50,183 nt of DNA from a virus (IMGVR_UViG_3300037873_000030:1-50183); one strand, 5' to 3'. Shown: positions 8,739-18,808, counted from the first letter of the stretch. Notes: generated by a model not told the origin, from the sequence alone. Made by a program: numbers and translations.

Positions 8739-9586
8739 GGTTCCATCCCGTCCGGGCCTTCGATCCCGGCCTGAGTCAGCACGTAGGCGGATGCCGTCGG
8801 CGGTTCGATCGGCTGACCAACCAGGTCGCGGAGCCCAGCCTGGATGCGCGCAACTTCGCAGATGTACAAGAAGTCCCGGTACTGTTCCTCGCCGCACCGC
8901 AGGGGCACGAACGAGTACCCGTCGGCCCGGATGTGGATACCGGCGCAGAAGTCGACCGCCGGCATGTCGATGACCTCGCCGTCGGGCAGGATCAGGAACT
9001 CGGAGTGCCGGTATGGCGCCAACTGCATCGCCACGTCGCCGAAGATGCCCGACTTGCCGGTCTTCCAGTCGAGCAGGCCCCGCGCGTAGCCGTCGTCACT
9101 GCGGTCGATGTGCTCGTACTCCGGCATGTCCGGCAGCAGCACGTCGGCGATCAGGTCCAAGGTGCCGACGTGGCGGCGGGATTCGGAGTACACGACCGCC
9201 TCGACGTGGGCGGCGCGCACGTCGAACTCATCCAAGAAGCGGACACAAGATTGGACGTAGCCGGTCAGCGCGTCGGGTACGGTGACCCGTTCGCCGGCGA
9301 TGAGCCGCTCGGCGAGCTTGTGGATCTGGGTGCCCTTGTTGGATGCGGCGTCGCGCTTTTCGTACCGGCCGCCCTTCATCTTCTTGAGGCGTTCGGACGG
9401 TGGCAGCTTTGACAGTTCCTCCCACGCGTCGATGGTGTATTCGGCGGTGGCGTCGCCTGCCCAGTTGAGTAGTGCTGGTTTGGGTAGGCCGTCGCCGACG
9501 AGGGTTGTGATGCCGGGGACGCGCTGGTCGGTGTCGAGGTCGATGTAGAAGTGGTTGCGCCCGTTGTCTTTGCGTTGGATTCTCAT
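8735..9586 (-). CDS. PD-(D/E)XK (Cas4/RecE-like) exonuclease
   Basis: VPGITT...KPALLNW...GTQIH...GTLDL...LLDWKTG...QLAPY; upstream of erf. Confidence 0.85.
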   Translation of the reverse strand: MRIQRKDNGRNHFYIDLDTDQRVPGITTLVGDGLPKPALLNWAGDATAEYTIDAWEELSKLPPSERLKKMKGGRYEKRDAASNKGTQIHKLAERLIAGERVTVPDALTGYVQSCVRFLDEFDVRAAHVEAVVYSESRRHVGTLDLIADVLLPDMPEYEHIDRSDDGYARGLLDWKTGKSGIFGDVAMQLAPYRHSEFLILPDGEVIDMPAVDFCAGIHIRADGYSFVPLRCGEEQYRDFLYICEVARIQAGLRDLVGQPIEPPTASAYVLTQAGIEGPDGMEP

Positions 9587-10038
9587 CCCAGCCCCCCGGC
9601 CGTCTGATCGGCGCCGTAGGTATCGGTCGCCGTTTCGTGGACGGTGTGCGGGTCGCCGAGTTGGCACCGGTAGCAGCCGCGCTCGACGTCTTGGATCAGC
9701 CGGTAGCCGGTGGAGGTGGGCCGCCGGAACCGGACGACGGCGATCTCCGTCTGCTGGCCGCGCATGTCCCGTGGCTTGTACCACGAGACCCACGGGTGGT
9801 CGATGTGCGTCTGCGTGTCATCCCGGTTGGTCAGGATGGTGCAGAGCGCCACGTGCTTGTCTTTGCTGTGGCTGTAGTAGACCGACTCCACCCGTAGGGT
9901 GCGGCCGGCCGCGCGCGGGTCGTTGTCGGCCCAGATTTGCCCGGGCCGGACGGCCGGGGTGGTCTCACGGCTCACGTTGTCCCCCATGCTGCTGATGGCG
10001 TTGTACATCGCCATGGCGAGTTCCTCCGCGGCGGTCAC
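9583..10038 (-). CDS. Hypothetical protein
   Basis: VRPGQIWADNDPRAAGRTLRV motif typical of actinophage proteins. Confidence 0.65.
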   Translation of the reverse strand: MTAAEELAMAMYNAISSMGDNVSRETTPAVRPGQIWADNDPRAAGRTLRVESVYYSHSKDKHVALCTILTNRDDTQTHIDHPWVSWYKPRDMRGQQTEIAVVRFRRPTSTGYRLIQDVERGCYRCQLGDPHTVHETATDTYGADQTAGGLG

Positions 10039-10195
10039 GGTCCCCTCCTGATGGCGTCGGCGAGCTGGACGAAGAACAGAAGTGCGGCATACACGGCGGC
10101 CCCCGCGATCAGCGGGAGGTGGTTATAGGCGTAACTGGCCACGATGAGGCCGACGACGGCTGCGTTGAACATGCACCAGAGATAGGCCGAGGTCT

Positions 10196-10564
10196 TCACG
10201 TTGTCCTCCCGGTGCAGCGGTGGCCGGCCAACTCGGCCAGCAGGGTGCGTGCGGCGGCGCGGCGGGTCAGCCGGTAGCCGTGCCGCTGCTGGCAGCCCAA
10301 CCACCAGCACCAGCGGCGGCGCCACCACCGGCGGGTGTCCCGCTCGAGCCACACGTCGTGCCAGGTGATGGGCTGCGGCTGGTCAGGCCCGGGCAGGTGG
10401 TCCCGTTTGCGGACGCGGATGCGCCGGTCGGGGCGGGTTTGCTGTAGGGCTTCCACGCCGTCGATGGCGGCCCGGTCACGCTCGTAGGTGCGGCGTAGCC
10501 GGTGCCAGCCGTGGGTGGTGAACGCCCGGCTGATGCGGGTGCGCGCCCAGCGCAGGCCGGTCAT
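10196..10564 (-). CDS. Basic hypothetical protein
   Basis: Coupled ORF. Confidence 0.5.
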   Translation of the reverse strand: MTGLRWARTRISRAFTTHGWHRLRRTYERDRAAIDGVEALQQTRPDRRIRVRKRDHLPGPDQPQPITWHDVWLERDTRRWWRRRWCWWLGCQQRHGYRLTRRAAARTLLAELAGHRCTGRTT

Positions 10565-10791
10565 CGCTCCTCCTCGTCGATCACCTGGGGGTCGAAGAGG
10601 GGACCGTCCTGCTCGTCGTCATCGCCAACGGGTTCGTCGTCGTCTTCCTCAAAGGCGAGGTAGTCCAGGTACCACAAGATCCGATACATGAGGTCGCGGT
10701 GCATCTCGTAGTTGAGGTACTCGAGCAAGATGATCAGGAACAGGGCTGCGCCGACGGCCATGACCACGAACGCGGTCCACGGGGTGCTCAC
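10561..10791 (-). CDS. Small membrane protein with acidic tail
   Basis: N-terminal TM segment, D/E-rich C-terminus. Confidence 0.6.
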   Translation of the reverse strand: MSTPWTAFVVMAVGAALFLIILLEYLNYEMHRDLMYRILWYLDYLAFEEDDDEPVGDDDEQDGPLFDPQVIDEEER

Positions 10792-11038
10792 GAGTCGCCT
10801 CCCGTCAGCGTGAGGGCGATCAGCGCGGTGCCGTAGCGTTGGATTTCGGCGCCGTAGAAGCCGCAGTCGGCGGCGGCGGCCTGACGGCGGTGGTCACCGG
10901 CGGCCATAATCTCGGCGGTGGACAAGTCCCGGCCAGGCTTGTACGCCTCGGTGATGGCGACGAAGCGGCGCTTGGCATCCTCGTAGCAGTTGAGCGCGTG
11001 GAGTATCCGCCCGCGTAGCTGGGTGGTGGTCAGCTGGG

Positions 11039-11344
11039 TCACAGCCCGCCCCCTTGGTGCTCGAGGTGGACACACCGGCCAAGCCGGCACTGTTCCGACT
11101 GTGACCGTTCCCGCGGAGACAGCCCGCCGGCGATGCCGTACCGGTGCCGGTCGTCCGCACCACGCTCAGCGGTCATGATCCACTCCAAGCATTGGAAGCG
11201 GACCGGGCACTCGGTGTTGCATATTGTCTTGGCCCGCGCGCCGGTTTGCCCGGGCTCGGGGAACCAGGCGTCGTATCGCAGCCTCGGGTGGTCGCGGCAG
11301 GCGGCGCGTAGCCGCCAGTCCAGGTCGGTGATGGTGACGGTCAT
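11039..11344 (-). CDS. whiB: WhiB-family transcription factor
   Basis: DWRLRAAC...WFP...AKTIC...CPVRFQCLE...GIAGGLSPRER. Confidence 0.92.
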   Translation of the reverse strand: MTVTITDLDWRLRAACRDHPRLRYDAWFPEPGQTGARAKTICNTECPVRFQCLEWIMTAERGADDRHRYGIAGGLSPRERSQSEQCRLGRCVHLEHQGGGL

Positions 11345-11970
11345 GGTGTGCTCCCAAACAGTGGTGGCTGCCGGTCCAACTCGGCCAGCCAGTCGAGCAG
11401 CGCCGGTAGGTTCCGGTCGGGGCCGTACGCCAGGTAGGTGCCATCAGCGGAGTCGCAGCCGGTCGCGGCCGCGTATTGCAGCCGGCGGCGGGAGTTGACC
11501 CGGCCCATGTGGACCCGTTTGCCACGGTCGTGCGCCTCGGCGGTCAACGCGCGGGCGGCCGCGCCGAGCTTCCACGGCGTGTCCCCGGCCAGGAACAGCA
11601 CGTCGAGCAGGTCCCACGGCACCATGCCGGGGGCTTCGGCCCCGTTTTGCGCGGCGTACCCGGCGGGGTAGCCGGCGCTGCGGATCCGGTCGAGCATCGG
11701 CCCGGACCGGTCAAGGGTGCCGGCGGCGTCGAATGGTACGTCGGGTGCGACGGCGAACGCGCACCGGCCGGCCAGGTGGGCGCGTTCGCCCAGCCAGGCC
11801 AGGAACGCGTCGTCGCCGGGGTAGGTGCCGGTGTAGGCCCCGTTGTCGGCGCACCAGTCCCGTCCCGCGCCGACGGTGTTACCGCTGGCGGGGGTGGCGA
11901 TCTGGCCGAGTAGTCCGCGGTCCATCGCCTCACGCACCCTCGGGCCGGAGGCGGTCGCGTAGTACCGCAC
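11341..11970 (-). CDS. DpdA-like / tRNA-guanine-transglycosylase-fold protein
   Basis: WCADNGAY, VAPDV, AAQNG, LFLAG...WK, VHMGRVNS, DSADGT motifs; next to a VUT transporter. Confidence 0.7.
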   Translation of the reverse strand: MRYYATASGPRVREAMDRGLLGQIATPASGNTVGAGRDWCADNGAYTGTYPGDDAFLAWLGERAHLAGRCAFAVAPDVPFDAAGTLDRSGPMLDRIRSAGYPAGYAAQNGAEAPGMVPWDLLDVLFLAGDTPWKLGAAARALTAEAHDRGKRVHMGRVNSRRRLQYAAATGCDSADGTYLAYGPDRNLPALLDWLAELDRQPPLFGSTP

Positions 11971-12451
11971 GGGCCACCACCACGGGTGTGACGACCGCCA
12001 GGGTGGCGGCGGTTTTGACGTATATCTGGCCGGGCATCGCCGACCAGACGGGGAATCCGGCCAGGGTTAGGAACAGCAGCGAGTCGACGGCGGAGCCGAC
12101 CAGGTTGGATGCGAGCACGGCACGCGCCCAGCCGCGGCGCCGCAGCGGTGCGTAGACCGCATAGTCGGCGGCCTCGGAGACGGCGAACGCAACCCCGGAC
12201 GCGAGGGCGAGCTGTGGCGTGGTGAGCACTGCGGACAGGGCGGCGCCTGCGGCGATGCAGGTGGCGACAGCCCACCGGCCGGCCGCGTCGTGCACCACGT
12301 CGCGGGCGAGCAGTACGAGCCCGGCGGCCCACGTGCCGGCGGTGGCGGTAAGCCCGAGTCCTACCGGGACCAGCCCGTACTGGGCGGTCAGCATGTTGGC
12401 GGCCACGACCAGGGTGAGGAACGCGACGACGGCCGCGACGGTGCGGGTCAT
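11930..12451 (-). CDS. VUT-family (YhhQ-like) preQ0/preQ1 transporter
   Basis: Multi-TM; VAAN...TAGTW...LARDVV...ASGVAFAVSEAADYAVY...SNLVGSAVDSLLFL...GQIYVK. Confidence 0.85.
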   Translation of the reverse strand: MTRTVAAVVAFLTLVVAANMLTAQYGLVPVGLGLTATAGTWAAGLVLLARDVVHDAAGRWAVATCIAAGAALSAVLTTPQLALASGVAFAVSEAADYAVYAPLRRRGWARAVLASNLVGSAVDSLLFLTLAGFPVWSAMPGQIYVKTAATLAVVTPVVVARAVLRDRLRPEGA

Positions 12452-12870
12452 GGTGTGCTCCCGTTGGTATGCAGGCTGGCCGGCCACGGCTGGGCGTCGT
12501 AGGCGGATAGCACCGCGTCCCGGTCGACCGGGCCGGCGAGCCATCCGTGGTAGTGGACCCAGATGTCCAGTGCGGCGGCGGCTTTTGCCCGGCTGGCGTG
12601 GGGGACTAGGAAGTGGGCGAGTGCGGTCGCGGCCCGTTCGGTGGCGTTCACCGGCCGACCTCCGAGTCCTGCCAGCGGGCCAGGATGCGCTTGGCGCGGG
12701 CGTGAGGACATGCCGGTTCGACGTCCGTCCAGCCGTGTGCCTGGCAGCCGTGGTGGTCGAAGCTGCACGGGTCGGGGTCGGTCAGGTCGCGGATGAGCCG
12801 CAGCAACTCCTCGACGGCGATTTCGACCACCAGCCGTTCCAGCTCCCCCTTGGTCACCAACTGCTGTCGC

Positions 12871-13212
12871 TCAGCCATGGCCGGCCTCCCCGCACTCGCG
12901 GGCGATGCGGGCGAGGGTGGTGCGCGGCCCGTCACTAAGCGGCCCGTCGTAGGCTTCGATGGCCTGGGCGATTTCCTCGGCGACCGCCGCGCGAGTCAGT
13001 TTGGCCTGCTCGATGGTGGAGCGGATGGCGTTCGGCCTCCACCCGTCGGCGACCAGCGCGGCGACCCCCGCCCGGAACCCGTCCCAGTCCGAATGCTCGG
13101 CGTAGACGCACTCCTGCACACCTGGACATTCCCTCGGGTCGGAGCAGGCCCGGCTCGTGGTCCGGTGATAGGCGTTGGCCACCAGCTCCACGTCGGCGTC
13201 GGTGTAGGTCAT
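12871..13212 (-). CDS. Hypothetical protein
   Basis: MTYTDADVELVA...AVAEEIAQAIEA. Confidence 0.55.
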   Translation of the reverse strand: MTYTDADVELVANAYHRTTSRACSDPRECPGVQECVYAEHSDWDGFRAGVAALVADGWRPNAIRSTIEQAKLTRAAVAEEIAQAIEAYDGPLSDGPRTTLARIARECGEAGHG

Positions 13213-13396
13213 CACCGCCACCCTTCGAGCTCGTCCTGGGGCCGCCGGTCGGCTAGCCCGCTGACCCGGGCCGCCTGCCGGGCCTGCCACTGCTCCCGGG
13301 CGGCCGTGGCGACCAGCCGCCGGTCGAGCAGGTGCAGGGCGGTCACGCAGGCGGCGATGATGGCGGCCAACACGAGGCCGGCCACTGTGCTGCTCA

Positions 13397-13807
13397 TCAG
13401 GTCTCCTCATGGTGGTGGCCGGGCGCCGCCGCGGTCTTGTTCGGCAGCACGGCGGCACCCGGCGGGTACTGTGCCCGGCCCGGGCGGCTAAGGGGGTAGT
13501 CGTGACCCCGGGCCGGACGTGTGGGCGCGCCGCCCCGGGTCACAACCGGGGCGGCGCGCAGCCCACCGGCACGCGGCGTACCCCCGCGCGCAACAGCGGG
13601 CGCCGGCCGGGTCGGAGTGCCCGGCCGGAGCATGGTGGTGGTCAAGTAGGCCAGGCCGAGCAGCGCCGGCCACGTCCCGCCGACGGCCCGCGGGTCGAGG
13701 ACGGCCACAGCCAGGGGCATGCTGGTGGCGACGAGCAGCGCAGCGGGCAGGGCGAGCAGGCGCCAGGTCGGGGTGGTGGCCCACACGGCCACATGCCGGC
13801 GGATCAT
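13397..13807 (-). CDS. Membrane protein
   Basis: Two hydrophobic segments; coupled ORF. Confidence 0.5.
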   Translation of the reverse strand: MIRRHVAVWATTPTWRLLALPAALLVATSMPLAVAVLDPRAVGGTWPALLGLAYLTTTMLRPGTPTRPAPAVARGGTPRAGGLRAAPVVTRGGAPTRPARGHDYPLSRPGRAQYPPGAAVLPNKTAAAPGHHHEET

Positions 13808-14380
13808 CGGACACCGTCCAGCCGGTGGAGCAGGGCCCGGCCGGCGTCGGTCAGCTCCCAGATGTAGTAACGGCCCGAGCGTTCCCCCGGGGTGATCAGC
13901 TCACGTCGGTGCAGGGCGTCGACGGTGGCGGTGACGTTCCAACCCAGGTGGTAGCTGGGCTTGCGCGGGTCGGACACGTCACGCTGCACCTGCCCGTCGC
14001 CGACGGCGCGCAGCACGGTGCACATGGCCGGGGACAGGCCGGCGATGGTGGTCACGTCGCACCGACTTCCGGTGCCGGTCGAGCGATCTGTTCCCGGTAC
14101 AGCTCGACGATCGTCCCGATCTGCGACATGGCCAGCTTCGCGTCGGCGTTCTGCGACCGCTGGTAGCCGATCACCTGGCATGCCAGGTAGGCGATGATGC
14201 GGGGGATGTTCTCCCGGCGTTGCTTGGCCACGAGGTCGGCCACCAGGTTGGTTGCCTCTGTCAGGGTTGGTGGAGTCCCGGCGCCCCAGTCCACCTGGAA
14301 GACCAGAGCCTGGCCGGTGTCAACGATGCTCGACCCACACGACCGGGGGCAGTCCCGGTTGAGACACGAGCACTTGGTGG

Positions 14381-15829
14381 TCATGTCGGCTCCCCGGTGG
14401 GGATGGTGGCTAGCGTCTGGATTACCGCACAAATGTCGGCCGCGGATGGAGCGGCGGCGCCGTCTTCCCACTCCACTTCGATCGACTCCGGGCCGGGGCC
14501 AAGTTGCCGATACTCAACGCGGATGGTGATGCTCGGCGGGAACCGGGGGCGGTCACCCTGGTCGGCGACGGTCACGTCGGCTCCCCGGTGATCAGTTCGG
14601 CGGCGGGCACCGCGCCCTCACGGGCGAACGGCTCCGGGTCGTTGTGGTGGGCGCCGAGCCGGTCGGGGTAGGCGCTCACCCAGTCGGGGTGCGGGTCGGC
14701 CCGGTGCCGGCCCTGGTAGGCCAGGCCCTGCCAGTCGACTTCAGTGATGCTCATCGGGTTCTCCAGGCGGTGAGCGCGCCGGCCAGGATCAGCGCCGGCA
14801 GCAGCGGGAGCAGGATCATGAGGGTGAGTAGGCAGCAGCCTTTGCGGGTGGCGGCTTGTCTCGCGGCGCGGCCGGCGGCCCGTCCGGCGATGTACCCGTG
14901 GGTGTAGTCGGCGTTGTTGCGCCGCTTCGGCTGCCGCGGGTCAACCGGATGCGGGGTGCGGCTCACGGCGCAACTCCCGTCATGTCGTCAGCGCACGGCC
15001 AGCCGCGACGTGGTGCCTCCCGCTCGTAGCGGCGGCCGGACAGCCACCGCCACGCCAACTCGGCGTCAGGCTGATGGGCGAGGAAGTCACGCTCGTAGTC
15101 GGAGACCCGCAGGTGCTCGGCGTGGCACACCGGGCAGACCAACGCGACCTTCCGGTGCGACCACGCCGGGTGGGTGGCGAGCCGGGCGATCCGGTGGTAA
15201 CTGGAGCCGCTCACAACGCACCCCCATGCCCACAGTCCGGGACCGTTCGGATCTCACCGTCGGTCAGCCAGCACGAGTCGCATACCGGGCCGGACGTGAA
15301 AGACCGCGCGTACGCCGTCTCCTCGTCGAAGAATGAGACGCCGGTCAACGTAGAGACGGCGTGGTCGTCCTTCAGCCCGAACATGCCGGCGGCGACGGCG
15401 GCACGGCGGGCGTCGGTGACCAGCCGGGTGCAGGTCATGGCGCACGCTCCGCGTCCCGCATCACGCAGCACGCGTACGCGCTGGCGAGCCGGCCCTGTGT
15501 ACTGCGCGTCATCGACCGGTACAGGTCGGCGAGCGCGAGCTGTGCGGACATGCCGTCGGCGATCTGGTCACGCACGAGCCGGACCAGGCCCTCGTGGATG
15601 TCGCGGCAGGCAGCCATCTCCTGGTCGAGCCCGGTGCTGGTCAGGCTCATCGGGTGCCTCCCGGACGTCGGGCTGGGATGGCGGCGAGTAGGCAGCCGAC
15701 GCCGGCCAGGGCGAGGCCGAGCAGGGTGAGGGTGGCGACCGGCCCCCAGGTCATCCGGGCGACGGCGGCGGTGGGCATGGCGGCGACCAAGGCGAGGCCG
15801 GTGCAGGTGAGCACGAGCTGCCGGATCAT
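14381..15829 (-). other. Run of small translationally coupled early ORFs (including 14381-14575, 14572-14754, 14751-14966, 14963-15214, 15647-15829)
   Basis: ATGA/GTGA overlaps; 60-85 aa; no recognisable function. Confidence 0.6.
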
Positions 15830-16062
15830 CGGGCACCGCCCGCCGCCGGCTCCGCGGGGAGTAGGTCGGCCATCGGCACGTCGAGTGCCCGGGCGACCAT
15901 CTCCAGGTCGTTGGCGCTGAACGGGGCCGGCGGCGTCGCGCGCAGGTGCCGGTGAACCCAGTTGTGCGAGACGCCGAGCTGCCGGGCGAACTCACGGTCA
16001 GACAGGCCAGCGGCTAAGACTCTGGCGACAACGGCCTGGCGGATGCTGACGTCTGCGGTCAT
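15826..16062 (-). CDS. cro: Cro-like HTH regulator
   Basis: LSDREFARQLGVSHNWVHRHL; divergent from the repressor; first gene of the early operon. Confidence 0.8.
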   Translation of the reverse strand: MTADVSIRQAVVARVLAAGLSDREFARQLGVSHNWVHRHLRATPPAPFSANDLEMVARALDVPMADLLPAEPAAGGAR

Positions 16063-16196
16063 AGCCAGAGAGTGTCACCAAATATGTGACGCCGCAAGCG
16101 TCACGGGTGCCCAATCGCAGAATCACCCGATCGGCTGACACGGACGTAATACCATCAGGCTGGACACCGGCACGAAAACCGTGCCACCATGGCGCC
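16063..16196. promoter_or_regulatory. Divergent immunity promoters and operators
   Basis: Palindromes GTCAC-N7-GTGAC (16074-16090) and GGCAC-N7-GTGCC (16169-16185); TGGACA-N18-CACCAT ends 6 nt before the repressor ATG (likely leaderless). Confidence 0.6.
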
Positions 16197-16610
16197 ATGG
16201 CCATCGATGAGTCGCTCAGCGACTACGTTGCCGGAGAGATCCGGGCGATGATCGGCCGCAAGCGCACAAGCGGGCGCGAGCTGGCCGGACGGCTCGGCGT
16301 CTCCAGATCCTGGGTGAGCTACCGGCTGACCGGCAACACCGAGATCACGTTGAACGACCTGGAGCGGATCGCCGCCGCCCTGGACGTCGAGATCACCGAG
16401 CTGCTGCCCGCCCGCACGCTTAACAAGACCTATGCGCCACCACCGGTCCGGCCGACCGGGCCGCGGTCCCAACGGGTGCTGCTCGCCCCCGGGCATGCAC
16501 TCGAGCGTCACCCGACCGGCCGACCCGCGTCCGCTACGTCCGGCACAACCCCGGCGGACGTCCGCCGGCCGGCCATCACCCGCCGCACCCACTCCGGTAG
16601 CAGCACGTGA
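16197..16610 (+). CDS. XRE-family immunity repressor
   Basis: VAGEIRAMIGR...SGRELAGRLGVSRSWVSYRLTGNTEITLNDLERIAAAL. Confidence 0.85.
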   Translation: MAIDESLSDYVAGEIRAMIGRKRTSGRELAGRLGVSRSWVSYRLTGNTEITLNDLERIAAALDVEITELLPARTLNKTYAPPPVRPTGPRSQRVLLAPGHALERHPTGRPASATSGTTPADVRRPAITRRTHSGSST

Positions 16611-17422
16611 CCGTCACCGCACACCCTGATCTGATGCACTCGGATCTGCTCGAGGAGTACCTGGCAGACCTGGCACATGTGGCATCCGCCGGCACCGTCG
16701 CCACCTACACCACCGTGCTGCGCATGGCCCACAGGGAGCTCGGCGCCGGCGTCGTCGTCGCCACCACCGCCGAGCTCCGGGCGTGGCTCACCTCCCGCGA
16801 CTGGGCACCGGCGACCCGCTCCACCTACCGTGCCGCGTTGCGCAGCCTCCACCGCTGGCTGACCGACCGCGGCTACAGCGACTACGACCCGACCGCCAGA
16901 CTGCCCCCGGTCAAGATCCCCCGACGGCTGCCGCGGCCCACCACCGACGAGGAAACCCGCCGGATCCTGACCCGCGCCGACCCGCCGGTGCGGCTGTGGG
17001 CGCTGCTGGCTGCGTACACCGGCGCCCGGTGCGTGGAGATCTCCCGGCTGCGGCGGGAGGACGTCACCCAGCTGACGGTGCGGCTGGACGGCAAAGGATC
17101 CAAGGAGCGGACGGTGCCCTGCCACCCGCTGGTCTGGGCCGCGGTGGCCGACCTGCCCGCCGGGTGGTTGGCCGGCGGCGCCAACAACAAACGGATCTCC
17201 GACCGTGGCCGGCATGAGCTGCGGCGGCTCGGGCTGACCGGCGGTCTGCACCGGCTGCGCGCCTGGTACGCCACCGCGGCGCTGGCCGTCGACGGGGCCA
17301 GCCTGCGCACCGTGCAGGAGCTACTCGGGCACACGTCGCCGACGACCACCCAGGTGTACACCTTGGTCCCGCCGGCGGCGATGCGTGCTGCGGTCAACGG
17401 CCTGCCGGACCTGGCCGGATGA
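16607..17422 (+). CDS. int: Tyrosine integrase (short, no arm-binding domain)
   Basis: TGAR, GKGSKER, HRLR, LLGH, TTQVY catalytic motifs; 271 aa. Confidence 0.92.
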   Translation: MTVTAHPDLMHSDLLEEYLADLAHVASAGTVATYTTVLRMAHRELGAGVVVATTAELRAWLTSRDWAPATRSTYRAALRSLHRWLTDRGYSDYDPTARLPPVKIPRRLPRPTTDEETRRILTRADPPVRLWALLAAYTGARCVEISRLRREDVTQLTVRLDGKGSKERTVPCHPLVWAAVADLPAGWLAGGANNKRISDRGRHELRRLGLTGGLHRLRAWYATAALAVDGASLRTVQELLGHTSPTTTQVYTLVPPAAMRAAVNGLPDLAG

Positions 17423-17702
17423 CCGGCCTGCGCTGCTCCGGCACGGCGGTGGTCGCCGGCAGCGGCTGGTCACCGGCGATGACCACCCGCGGTATCCGCT
17501 GCGGATCCAGGTGGCCGGGGTGGCCGACGACCAGCAGGTCGAGCAGCCCGCCACGCAGCAGCTGCCGCACATCACCCCAGTGGCGGACGACGGCGGCCAG
17601 CTCCCACCCGTGCGCGTCGACCGCCTCGGCGCAGACGGCCAGCCACCGGTCGAGCTCCAACCCGGACGGCACGTAGATGACGGAGCGCAGAGGGTCACCC
17701 AT
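17394..17702 (-). CDS. Small protein resembling a resolvase N-terminal fold
   Basis: RSVIYV...C...HGWEL...DLLVV pattern; no catalytic serine motif. Confidence 0.45.
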   Translation of the reverse strand: MGDPLRSVIYVPSGLELDRWLAVCAEAVDAHGWELAAVVRHWGDVRQLLRGGLLDLLVVGHPGHLDPQRIPRVVIAGDQPLPATTAVPEQRRPVIRPGPAGR

Positions 17703-17850
17703 TCGGATGACCCTGCTCGGCCAGGTACCGCTCGAGCGCGGCCATGACCAGACCGGACACCGGCATCCGGTGGGCCCGGGCGTACCGCTCCGCCCGCTCC
17801 CACAGCGCAAGATCGTCCTCCCGGACGTAGATGGTCGTCTGCCTGCCCAT
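17695..17850 (-). CDS. Ribbon-helix-helix DNA-binding protein
   Basis: QTTIYVREDD...VSGLVMAALERYL. Confidence 0.7.
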   Translation of the reverse strand: MGRQTTIYVREDDLALWERAERYARAHRMPVSGLVMAALERYLAEQGHPNG

Positions 17851-18235
17851 ATGGATGACACTTAACCCGCATGGGGGTATGCGTGTCCCCGGATACGCGA
17901 TACCGTGCGCTGTGCGGCCCGGCCGCCACGCTGCCCGGCGTAACCGCCCGGGCCGCACCCTTGGTCACCGGGGAGCCGACGCAAACGACCTGACCAACAG
18001 GGGGAGCCGTGTCAGACGGGGTTGGCGCACCGGGCAGCCCATGGCAGGAGGCGGCCGACGTGTGCGCGGCGCCGTGGCCATCGCGGGCAGAGGCACTCGA
18101 GCAGGCGGCATGGCTGCGCCGGGACGACTGGGTGGTGCCGGCATCCACTAGGCCGGGTGTGCCACGGGAGAATGGCACGGTGGTCGTCGCGAGCGTGTAC
18201 GACCCGCGGGACTGGTCCTCACCCGGGGACATCAG

Positions 18236-18580
18236 CTACTTGGTCGGCCGCTGCCACGGTGCTGGCTGTAGCTCGTAGACGATCCGCGACTCCCCAGCGA
18301 TACACCGACCAAGATCGTCGACGCCGACGTACCACTCGTAGTGGAAGGGCCGGCCGACGTACGGCGCGGCACCGACCGCGCGGCGCCTGACCATAGTGAT
18401 CGTCCGCAGCTGCGGGCCAATGTCGTCGACCCGCTCAATCAGCGACGGCCGCGGCAGCCGGACCGGCAGGCGAAGATCCTCGTGGTCTGCATACCGGCCG
18501 CGCCGATCCAGCCAGTCCAGCAGCCAGGTTTGGTCACGGTAGTACGGGTGCCATTCCAGCGGTGGCGGGGCAGCGCTCAC
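18236..18580 (-). CDS. Hypothetical protein
   Basis: Good codon bias; aromatic-rich. Confidence 0.55.
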   Translation of the reverse strand: MSAAPPPLEWHPYYRDQTWLLDWLDRRGRYADHEDLRLPVRLPRPSLIERVDDIGPQLRTITMVRRRAVGAAPYVGRPFHYEWYVGVDDLGRCIAGESRIVYELQPAPWQRPTK

Positions 18581-18613
18581 GTGGTCACGCCTCCACCCGG
18601 GCCAGCTTGACAG

Positions 18614-18808
18614 TCATGACGTCTCCTTGCGGTGGCGGGCCACGTAGCGGCCGAGCGCGCGGCGCACCACGTCCGGCACGCTCTCCTTGCGGGCGGCGGC
18701 AGCCGCGAGCGCGGCGTGCCACAGCTCGTCGGGGATCCGGATGGTGCGCACGGGCGGAGTCCCGGTGGTGCGCGGCCGCCCGGGCCGTCGCTTCGGGGTG
18801 TCGTCCAT
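18614..18808 (-). CDS. Ribbon-helix-helix DNA-binding protein
   Basis: GRP...VRTIRIPDELW...VPDVVRRALGRYV. Confidence 0.8.
   Translation of the reverse strand: MDDTPKRRPGRPRTTGTPPVRTIRIPDELWHAALAAAAARKESVPDVVRRALGRYVARHRKETS

Noticed and set aside
8735-9586. Cas4-like gene as part of a CRISPR system
   Set aside because: Paired with ERF as a recombination module; no array or other cas genes
17394-17850. RHH plus small gene as a toxin-antitoxin pair or serine recombinase
   Set aside because: The downstream ORF has no known toxin motif and lacks the catalytic serine motif
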